A program made the translations under genes and the position numbers. A stretch of DNA of 64,000 nucleotides from Candidatus Heimdallarchaeum endolithica. Lineage in GTDB: Archaea > Asgardarchaeota > Heimdallarchaeia > Heimdallarchaeales > Heimdallarchaeaceae. Positions within the stretch are counted from its first letter, which is position 1. Each line of letters begins with the position of its first letter. The notes below the pieces were generated by a model, which was not told where the DNA came from, searched no databases, and saw nothing but the letters and a program-made list of their open reading frames with translations. Positions 56,593-64,000 of this stretch are shown here, piece after piece. The stretch covers positions 1,945,943 to 2,009,942 of the forward strand of contig CP084167.1 in assembly GCA_021513715.1 (NCBI GenBank), given 5' to 3'.

Positions 56593-57750
56593 TTAGAGAT
56601 TATAATCAATATCTTCGTATTCGAGTTCTTCATTATCTATTTGTTCTAGATATTCCTCAGAAATTTCAATTTTAGATTGGTCTTTAAATTTACTATGTGT
56701 TTTCCATATATGAATGATAAGTTCGTCTAGCTCTTTTGTAAGCAAGTCAATATTTTTATTTTCCTTTGTGGAAATTTCAAAAGATGTATTAAACTTAGAT
56801 TTAGCATTTTCAATTTCTTCATCAGACAATAAATCAATTTTATTTAATACACAAATAATTGGTACTTGTGGAAAATTAGTTTTAATGTCATTCAACAAAT
56901 TGATCTGTTCATCTGGTTCAAGGCTAGCATTATATGACACATCAAAGAGAATAATAATTATATCAGATATATATTTAATTGTGGAAATACTCTGAAGCTC
57001 GATAATATTTCTCTCACCAAATGGCCTATCTAATATTCCAGGAGTGTCAACGATCTGTGCCATTGTAAAGAATAGATTGCGATGCCCAAAAATGATTTTC
57101 TTTGTTGTAAACGGATATTCTCCAATTTCAGGTTTTCCTGTTGAGATAGATCTTACTAGTGAAGACTTACCAACATTTGGAGCTCCAGCGACTACAACTG
57201 ATGGAATAGTCATATCAAAATCAGGAATTGTTTTAGCTTTTTTAGTAACACGAATCAAATATCTAATATCTCCTTTAGCTTTTTTTACTAAAGATGCAAA
57301 ACGTCCATAAGCAGATTGTCTAATTTTAGCTGTTTGCTGAGGGTGTGTTGTCTCTTTTAATTTTTTTAATTCTTCTTTTTCTATTTTCTTTATTTGTTCA
57401 GAAATACCTTTTAATCTCCCCAAAATTTGTTTTATTTTGGCAACATCTCCAAAAACAGCACAAAGTGAGATATAAAATGGATGCATATCTTCAATCCATG
57501 GAAATTGTGAAATAATCTTTTCTAATTGAGTACAAATATATAAAGATAAAGTAGAAATACGTTTAACCTCTAAAGCCGCTATTTTTTCTTCTCTAGATTT
57601 TTTTCTACTTCTCTTTTGTTTAAATTGAACAGCAGCTGCTTTATTAAAACCCATTTTTAAGATTTCATTAACTGGAGGGATATAACCTACACGTCGAAAG
57701 GGATTTCCTTGATAACGATCATATTGCTTTGTTCTTGACACTAAGTACAC
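56593..57750 (-). CDS. NOG1-family GTP-binding protein
   Basis: 385 aa. N-terminal NOG1-type helical domain. G1 GAPNVGKSS, G3 DTPG, G4 NKID. Acidic C-terminal tail. Confidence 0.65.
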   Translation of the reverse strand: MYLVSRTKQYDRYQGNPFRRVGYIPPVNEILKMGFNKAAAVQFKQKRSRKKSREEKIAALEVKRISTLSLYICTQLEKIISQFPWIEDMHPFYISLCAVFGDVAKIKQILGRLKGISEQIKKIEKEELKKLKETTHPQQTAKIRQSAYGRFASLVKKAKGDIRYLIRVTKKAKTIPDFDMTIPSVVVAGAPNVGKSSLVRSISTGKPEIGEYPFTTKKIIFGHRNLFFTMAQIVDTPGILDRPFGERNIIELQSISTIKYISDIIIILFDVSYNASLEPDEQINLLNDIKTNFPQVPIICVLNKIDLLSDEEIENAKSKFNTSFEISTKENKNIDLLTKELDELIIHIWKTHSKFKDQSKIEISEEYLEQIDNEELEYEDIDYNL

Positions 57751-58877
57751 CTTATTTGTTCTAAAATTTCTGGTTTGATAGGATGATCGAAGTATTTCTC
57801 CAGGTTTTTAATAACTTCTTTTCTCTTTAAAGTGAATTTATCTTGATATTCACAAACTAGGTTGTAAAGTTTTGGTTTACAGTCTTTTCCACATATTAAT
57901 TTTCCATTTTTACATTGGGTTCTTATTTGCTCTAGCTCTTCATCATCCCTAATAAAGAAAGTTTCAAACCAGTTAAATACGGTACATTTTTCAGGAACCC
58001 CACCCAATTCTTTTTGCTCTTTTAATGTGTCTCGTCCACCAGTCAACGCACTCATAATTTTCTTTTTTATTGTTTTCTTATCATCTCTTATGTATACACA
58101 TGTTTCTGGAATTGATGATGACATTGGACCACCTGTTAGTCCTTTCAAATATTTTACATAAATTGAGGCGGGAGCTGTAATTTTTCTTTTACCTGCAACA
58201 TCCCTAGTTAGTCTCATATATACATCTTGATCTAGACCAATAGGTACAACTACAGGAAAATTGTAGTCAACGCTAGGTTGAAGGATATGAGCTGCTTGCA
58301 CACAAGAATAGAAAACAGTTCCTGCATTTTCTTCTCCTGAAAAACCTAATGCGGCTTTAATTGAATTATAAGTAAGATTAACTGAAAAATCAAGGGCCAA
58401 TCTGTATATTCTGGGGGTTTCACTTGATAAATAGCAATGAACATTGTCTGGTTCAAAACCTAATGCAAAAATGTCTATTGCATTCTCAATTGCCAATTTA
58501 TATGTTTCATTATTCAATGCTTTTAATTTCCTAAAAACATATTTTTCATCATCTGACAAAGGCATAAAAAACTTACATCCGAACTTTTTTTGCAATTCCA
58601 ATATCAGCTCAAAAACAATAAGGTGGCCAATATGCAGATCATTTGACGGTCCACGACCACTTATTATTGCCCAATCAAGACCATTTTTTGCACGTTCAAG
58701 AATTTTATTAAAATCTCTATGTGCAATTACAATTTTTCTTCTGAAAAAGAAAATATCTTGTTCTATTTCTGATTGAAGTTTATCTATTTCTTCAATCCCA
58801 AATTCTCGCATAATGTTTTCGTAATCAGTTCTTTTTCTAATATCATAGTTACTATTCTGTTTCACATTTATCACCAA
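57741..58877 (-). CDS. trpS: tryptophan--tRNA ligase (archaeal/eukaryotic type)
   Basis: 378 aa. SGRGPSNDLHIGHL (HIGH), GPMSSS (KMSxS-like), and GGRDTLKEQKELGGVPEKCTVFNWFETFF, which is characteristic of archaeal TrpRS. Confidence 0.8.
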   Translation of the reverse strand: MVINVKQNSNYDIRKRTDYENIMREFGIEEIDKLQSEIEQDIFFFRRKIVIAHRDFNKILERAKNGLDWAIISGRGPSNDLHIGHLIVFELILELQKKFGCKFFMPLSDDEKYVFRKLKALNNETYKLAIENAIDIFALGFEPDNVHCYLSSETPRIYRLALDFSVNLTYNSIKAALGFSGEENAGTVFYSCVQAAHILQPSVDYNFPVVVPIGLDQDVYMRLTRDVAGKRKITAPASIYVKYLKGLTGGPMSSSIPETCVYIRDDKKTIKKKIMSALTGGRDTLKEQKELGGVPEKCTVFNWFETFFIRDDEELEQIRTQCKNGKLICGKDCKPKLYNLVCEYQDKFTLKRKEVIKNLEKYFDHPIKPEILEQIRCT

Positions 58878-59109
58878 AAAACATCACTAAAAAACTTTGT
58901 TTTTTCATATAATGAAATAGATCACTGTTGTTCATAAACGCAAGTATGACTATTTGAAAAAAAATCGCCAACCCAAGTGACCACTCTCTTGTAGAAGGAA
59001 AAAAAACAATTATTTAAAAAGTTTATCTAGAATTTTTCATTCTTGAAAAAGGATTACTTAACACATAACTAAAAAAGAATATTTTTTTATGTAAAATGAA
59101 TGTGATCAT

Positions 59110-60528
59110 ATGAAAAATTGGATTGAATTTTATATTTCTTCCCTTAAAGAACTTAAACCAATAGTCCTTGAACAAGGTCATATTTTACTCGGTTTCAATG
59201 TTAATTTGGATAAAATAATAAAAATAAATCCAACTAATTTTCCCAACTATTTTTCCAAATTTCAAGATTTAGAAAAAGGCACAAACAGCACTCTTAAAGA
59301 AAAAATAATTGAAAAAAAGGAAGATTTCTTCTACTCTATTGTAGATGCTATTGAAATGGGAAAAGCTGAGGAATATTTAATAAACAAAAAAATTCAGGAA
59401 TGGATTGAAGCAAATTTTTATTTTGAAAAAACGTGTATTGGAGGACAAGCTGCAATTATTGCAAATATATTAAGTGACTTTGGTTACAAAAACATTGTGT
59501 TAAATCTACCAGTAAAGGATGAACGCCTTAAGCATTTACTTAATGATGAGATAAGAATTCCAATTAAAAACAATAGTAAAATTAAGATATTACCAACAAC
59601 AAAAGTATCATTCAAAGGAAAATACAATATTGTTCACTATATTTTTGAATTTAGTTCAGGAAAGTATTCTCTAGGAAACAAAAAAATAATTTGCACTAGA
59701 GATAACAGATTCATAGCTTCTGCAGATACAATAAATTCGAGAATGATAACAGATAATGCATTTATAGAATGGAGTTACAAAAATGCAAAATCAGTTACAG
59801 CTGCGATTTTATCTGGTTTTCATCTACTACAAAGGAATGTTTTAAAAGAAAAAGGAAATAAAAACAACTTGAATAATACAATAGAGCTAATAAATCAATT
59901 AAAAACAAATAATAAGCAAATAAAGATACACATAGAATTAGCATCATTTAACAATATTGAAACCTTAAATTTTGTAACTGAAAAAATATTTCCTATCATT
60001 GATTCTATTGGATTAAATGAACGAGAACTAATTATGCTTACAAAAATTTTTGATAACGAACTTTCTTCGAAAATGCAAAGTGGCAAAATAATTGACTATT
60101 ACAAGGGATTATTTGAGATATTTAGGAGATTCCCGAATTTAAGAATCCATTTTCATTTTTTAGGTTATTACATTATTTTATCAAAACCTATTTCAGATAG
60201 GAAAATGATAATTAGGCGCTCTTCCCTAATTAAAGCGTCTATTAAAGCATTTCAGAAAGTTTCACCGTACCAAAATATACTACATATCAAAGAAAATATA
60301 AAAAATCTTATCTCACACAAAGGAATGAGTGAAATAAGATCATTAGAGGATTATATAGTTAAAAATTTTCAAGTTGAGAGAACACTTTTTGCCAAAGGAT
60401 ATTTAAACTCTAGAAAATTTACAATTGTTGCAGTACCTACTTTAATAGAAAAAAATCCTACACAACTTGTGGGATTGGGAGACACTATTTCATCCTTGTC
60501 ATTTATTGAAGATCTTATTATCGACTGA
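59110..60528 (+). CDS. ADP-dependent sugar kinase (ADP-glucokinase/phosphofructokinase family)
   Basis: 472 aa. LGFNVNLDKI, GGQAAIIAN, and the C-terminal NPTQLVGLGDTISS signature. Confidence 0.65.
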   Translation: MKNWIEFYISSLKELKPIVLEQGHILLGFNVNLDKIIKINPTNFPNYFSKFQDLEKGTNSTLKEKIIEKKEDFFYSIVDAIEMGKAEEYLINKKIQEWIEANFYFEKTCIGGQAAIIANILSDFGYKNIVLNLPVKDERLKHLLNDEIRIPIKNNSKIKILPTTKVSFKGKYNIVHYIFEFSSGKYSLGNKKIICTRDNRFIASADTINSRMITDNAFIEWSYKNAKSVTAAILSGFHLLQRNVLKEKGNKNNLNNTIELINQLKTNNKQIKIHIELASFNNIETLNFVTEKIFPIIDSIGLNERELIMLTKIFDNELSSKMQSGKIIDYYKGLFEIFRRFPNLRIHFHFLGYYIILSKPISDRKMIIRRSSLIKASIKAFQKVSPYQNILHIKENIKNLISHKGMSEIRSLEDYIVKNFQVERTLFAKGYLNSRKFTIVAVPTLIEKNPTQLVGLGDTISSLSFIEDLIID

Positions 60529-60725
60529 CATGACTTATTTTTTGACGTAAATTCGTAAAAATTAAGGGAAAATTGAATGTAAAAAAGAGAAAGGAAAGAA
60601 GGAATAGGGAAGAAAGGAAATGAGGGTTTTTATAGGGAAAAAACTATAAGTAAGATTAAGCAAATGCGAGACAACATGAAAGCCAGAAAATTTTTGCTCT
60701 TATATATATTACCAGAGTAGTATTA

Positions 60726-62099
60726 ATGAATATGCATTCCAAAATAATTACTTATGACAATATTATTGAATTAAAGGATAAAAAAAATTTACAACTACGA
60801 GTTGAAATTTTTAAAATCAAAAACTTCAGTGTGGAAAATAAACATTTAATAAATGAGTTGACATCTAGAAAGCAAACTTACAGTCTTTATATTTCAAAGA
60901 AAGAGATTCTTTTGTTCATGTATTATTTTAAAGATGAGTTGGAGAAAATTGATTCAAATGGAATATCAAGTAACAACTTTTTATCTTGCTATGTAGATAA
61001 ATTTAACGAAAGTGATAATTATTTTCCATTACAAAAAATTAAAAAAATAAAAGAAAAAAAGGATTTAATTGAGATCACTAACGAAAACAATGAAAAAACA
61101 TTTTATCGAATATATGTATGTAGATTAAAGAAGGGAGAGCAGTTACTAGAAAAAGATATAGCCAAATACTTCATCGACATAGCAAATTTGGATTTCTTTG
61201 ATGTTGTAATATCGCAAAAATTTGATAACAAAGATGGAAAAAAAGGTGAAAATTGGGGAATTTTTTTAGTTGCAAAACATAAAAAAGAGGAAGAACTTGA
61301 GTTAAAACACAAACATTTTCTGAATTTTATTAGTCGCAAAATAAAGTCATTTAACATAAATTTTGTAAAGGCAACTAAATCGGATATTGAGTGGAATAAA
61401 ACAAAATTCCAGCTACTACTACCATGGATAAGACATTCTGGCAATTTGGCATTCAAATTGAATTTCGATTCATTTTTTATTAACTTCAATACAGTAATAA
61501 AACTAAATTTAAAGGAAAAACAAACTAACTTAGACAAAGAAAATGGAGTTAGACTAGTCCAAAAAATTGAAAAAAAGCCATTACCATCAGTAAAGGAAAT
61601 TGAGAATAAATTAAGAATATCAAATAACGATTTTAAACTAAAAAAAGATGAAATAAAAACTAAAATTGAAGAACCGATAATTATTAAAACAATCCCAAAA
61701 ACAACTGAAATATCGAAAAAATCCAATAAAAATTCAATAAGAAGAACAGTTTCAGGAATTTTTAAAACAATAGGTTTTAAGGAAAGCTTAATTTTTAACA
61801 ACAAATTTGATATTGTACTAAGAAGAGGGACTTCATATATTTTTGTTATTATTTCTCCTGACACATTTCTTGCTCATAACGCCTATGAACTTGTTGAAGA
61901 ATTATCAGGCATTGCAGGCTTAAGAAATAATTTTCTAGCTTTGGTAATTGCTCCAGTTTTTGAAAAAAAAGCAGAAAAAGTATTACGAGATTACAACATT
62001 ATAATGATCAACAAGTTTGAAAGCATGGATGAAGAAAGGTTAAAACAAGTTCTATATGAAAAATTTAGTGAATTATATTCATTCCTACCTGCTGTCTAA
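60726..62099 (+). CDS. hypothetical protein with possible C-terminal restriction-endonuclease-like (Mrr-type) fold
   Basis: 457 aa, Lys/Asn-rich. The last ~110 aa (IGFKESLIFNNKFDIVLRRGTSYIFVIIS...NFLALVIAPVFEKKAEKVLRDYNIIMINK) follow the alpha-beta-beta-beta-alpha-beta pattern of Mrr-like domains, but no clear (D/E)xK. Confidence 0.35.
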   Translation: MNMHSKIITYDNIIELKDKKNLQLRVEIFKIKNFSVENKHLINELTSRKQTYSLYISKKEILLFMYYFKDELEKIDSNGISSNNFLSCYVDKFNESDNYFPLQKIKKIKEKKDLIEITNENNEKTFYRIYVCRLKKGEQLLEKDIAKYFIDIANLDFFDVVISQKFDNKDGKKGENWGIFLVAKHKKEEELELKHKHFLNFISRKIKSFNINFVKATKSDIEWNKTKFQLLLPWIRHSGNLAFKLNFDSFFINFNTVIKLNLKEKQTNLDKENGVRLVQKIEKKPLPSVKEIENKLRISNNDFKLKKDEIKTKIEEPIIIKTIPKTTEISKKSNKNSIRRTVSGIFKTIGFKESLIFNNKFDIVLRRGTSYIFVIISPDTFLAHNAYELVEELSGIAGLRNNFLALVIAPVFEKKAEKVLRDYNIIMINKFESMDEERLKQVLYEKFSELYSFLPAV

Positions 62100-62281
62100 G
62101 ATAATTTATATTAAACAGCATTGAGACTTAAATCTTAAATATCGTGGCGGAGGAGAGAATAACCACTTCGTCTGGCTCAATGAGCATTTTGTTTTTTCTT
62201 TCAAAAAACTAACAAGGAAGTAAAATTTATTCAAAAAATGCCCAAAAATTGAGTTTTGATGTATCAAAAAGATTATTCTAG

Positions 62282-62354
62282 CGGGCCAGGTAGGAATTGA
62301 ACCTACGATAGCCTGCTCCGGAGGCAGGTGCCTTATCCACTAGACTACTGGCCC
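62282..62354 (-). tRNA. tRNA-Arg (anticodon CCG), no encoded CCA
   Basis: Acceptor GGGCCAG/CTGGCCC. D stem GTCT/AGGC. Anticodon arm CCTGC-CTCCGGA-GCAGG. T arm GTAGG-TTCAATT-CCTAC. Discriminator G. Confidence 0.85.
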
Positions 62355-62461
62355 AAGATTTGATTGATTTTACAACTTAAAAAATCATCATCTTTAGATA
62401 AATAGTTTCGTTTTTATGAAGTGAGTTTAGATTTTTGGAGAAGAATAAAGATGGATAGTAA

Positions 62462-62797
62462 TCAATCATATTCTCTCCAAGTATGACCACATTCTACGCA
62501 TCTGAAAAATCGGGTTGGAGATTCATCTGCACTTCTAGTTTGTTGTTGCCAATAAGTAACCTTCTGCTTTTTCTCACATTTTGGGCAGTATAATTCTCTT
62601 GTTGGCAGAGTTTTATCGATTACAGACTCATCAATAACTTCTGACTTTAACAGTTCCTTTTCTATATCATGATTAATTTCCTCTGTAAATGAATCGTCTT
62701 GTTCATTAGTAATTTCCTTTGTAAAACCGCATTTTGTACAAATCAATTTACCATCTTCAGGTATCATTAATTTTCCACATTTAGGACAAAATTCCAA
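62462..62797 (-). CDS. tfs: transcription factor S (TFS) / RNAP subunit M-like
   Basis: N-terminal Zn ribbon CPKCG...CTKCG. C-terminal TFIIS-type ribbon CPKC...QQQTRSADESPTRFFRCVECGHTW. I prefer the TTG at 62797, which is preceded by GGTGA; the track ORF starts at a GTG at 62806. Confidence 0.85.
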   Translation of the reverse strand: MEFCPKCGKLMIPEDGKLICTKCGFTKEITNEQDDSFTEEINHDIEKELLKSEVIDESVIDKTLPTRELYCPKCEKKQKVTYWQQQTRSADESPTRFFRCVECGHTWREYD

Positions 62798-62881
62798 TAA
62801 TATCACCTATAAGCCTTGAATGATACAAAGAGTATTATTTCAAAAATATTTCCTTTAGAGCAAAATAGGAAAGAAGTAATT

Positions 62882-63622
62882 TCAGACAAACATTCCTTTA
62901 TCTGAATCATCTTTTTCAGTTTGGGGCTTGTTAGCTTTTAATAAACTTTGAATTTCTTTTTCAATTTTCTCTGCTTGTTCAATTAATGCAGAAATGTCTA
63001 CTGTAATACCAACCATCTTCTCGATCTCTTTAATCGCAATACTTGCTGCAATTGGATCAGGTCTCGATCTCTCTGCATAAGGTAATAAAGCCATAGCTGG
63101 AAAATCATGTAACTCAGAGAAGAGCATTACATAAGCTAAAGGTCCTGTTACATAAAGACCTTCATCCAAAGTTGGAATTGAAATGGATTTTCCAAGGTCA
63201 ATAAAAGCTTGGGTATAAATAGCTTTTAACTGGTTTTCATCTTTAAGTCTGTTGTCCAAACCCCCAACCAATATCGCTTGTTTAAAATCAGCATCGATAC
63301 ACCATTTTACTAGTGTTTTTGTAAATTTCAGGTGCTCACTTTTTATTGGTTCAAAAATGGGCAATACAATAACTAGATCGTCCTTTTTATATATTTCAAA
63401 GGGAAAAGTAATGCGTTCATTTTTTATAGTTATAAATTGGGGTATATTTTCAGTAATTATAAAACCTATTCTTTTAGCTCCAATTTTTTCAACAATGTGA
63501 CTAACTGAGATATAACCGCACTCACCAATACCATGCCAACCATTTAGTAATGTACAACCTTTAAAATTTTCTTTCTCCTTAAATACAAAACTAATTTCTT
63601 CATACTTTTTTATAAAAACCAT
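62882..63622 (-). CDS. PAC2-family (proteasome assembly chaperone-like) protein
   Basis: 246 aa. GWHGIGECGYISVSHIV and the overall pattern of archaeal PAC2/PbaA-B-like proteins. Confidence 0.5.
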   Translation of the reverse strand: MVFIKKYEEISFVFKEKENFKGCTLLNGWHGIGECGYISVSHIVEKIGAKRIGFIITENIPQFITIKNERITFPFEIYKKDDLVIVLPIFEPIKSEHLKFTKTLVKWCIDADFKQAILVGGLDNRLKDENQLKAIYTQAFIDLGKSISIPTLDEGLYVTGPLAYVMLFSELHDFPAMALLPYAERSRPDPIAASIAIKEIEKMVGITVDISALIEQAEKIEKEIQSLLKANKPQTEKDDSDKGMFV

Positions 63623-63666
63623 TTTTTTCCACCAATAAAGCTAAATAGAAAAGAAAATATAGAAGG

Positions 63667-64000
63667 TTATTTCCTTCCTTTCTTTCGACCACTTCGTTTA
63701 GCAGCTATCAAACCAACTTTCTTTCCTGGTTGAGAATGTCTAGATACTGTTGTAGATCTTGGTGGACCTTGATGTGAGCCACCACCATGTGGATGACTTA
63801 CAGCATTCATGGCAACACCTCGAACACGTGGATAATAGTGTCCTTTTGCTTTCATCGCATGATACTTATTTCCTGCTTTAACAAAAGGTTTCTCTGTTCG
63901 GCCTCCACCAGCTACAATACCGATAGTAGCTCTACATCTTTGAGGAATCTCTTTGATTTCACCACTAGGTAACTGAACTTTTACTTTACCTTTATCTCTT
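63667..64000 (-). CDS. rpl2: ribosomal protein uL2, C-terminal part (gene continues beyond the window end)
   Basis: [42 protein letters not shown]...GRKKGRK. The frame is open to position 64000. Confidence 0.9.
   Translation of the reverse strand, partial: RDKGKVKVQLPSGEIKEIPQRCRATIGIVAGGGRTEKPFVKAGNKYHAMKAKGHYYPRVRGVAMNAVSHPHGGGSHQGPPRSTTVSRHSQPGKKVGLIAAKRSGRKKGRK

Noticed and set aside
61103-61864. 253-aa ORF antisense to the 457-aa hypothetical gene.
   Set aside because: The translation is low-complexity and Phe/Leu/Ser/Ile-rich, typical of the antisense of Lys/Asn/Glu-rich AT-rich coding sequence. It has no start context, and the sense ORF is longer.

Overview
AT-rich (about 30% GC by eye), densely coded archaeal chromosome segment. 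It is dominated by information-processing and central-metabolism genes: PAN, aRF1, MBF1, NAC, PCNA, GINS, TFS, aIF5A, TrpRS, RNA polymerase subunits A', A'' and D, ribosomal proteins uS9, uL13, eL18, uS12, eS27, uL2 and a hidden eL38, A-type ATP synthase subunits A and B, GlmS with other hexosamine-pathway enzymes, RpiA, and an ADP-dependent sugar kinase. I read six tRNA genes by eye. Three carry introns, and one of those introns appears to sit in the T-loop. Two genes (atpA, rpoA'') are interrupted by large inteins with LAGLIDADG domains, and a third, free-standing LAGLIDADG protein sits inside a hexosamine gene cluster. Mobile DNA comprises an intact IS481-like element, a frameshifted second copy, a short remnant of a related element abutting a tRNA-Leu gene, and a small IS6-like element; the three full-length elements each have visible flanking direct repeats. 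Operons that are normally conserved in archaea (rpoH-B-A'-A''-L30e-NusA-S12; S13-S4-S11-rpoD-L18e-L13-S9-rpoN; atpHIKECFABD) appear only as fragments. The most unusual loci are: (1) a 265-nt GC-enriched, hairpin-rich non-coding region that I cannot assign to a known RNA family; (2) tandem paralogous membrane proteins combining an extracytoplasmic FKBP-like domain with a cytoplasmic eight-Cys B-box-like zinc finger, next to a surface metalloprotease; (3) the AbrB-like/LAGLIDADG fusion protein; (4) an EndA-family protein lacking the catalytic His and Lys, in a window that also holds the non-canonical tRNA intron. Lineage cannot be fixed from sequence alone. All family assignments are from motif reading by eye, with no database search.
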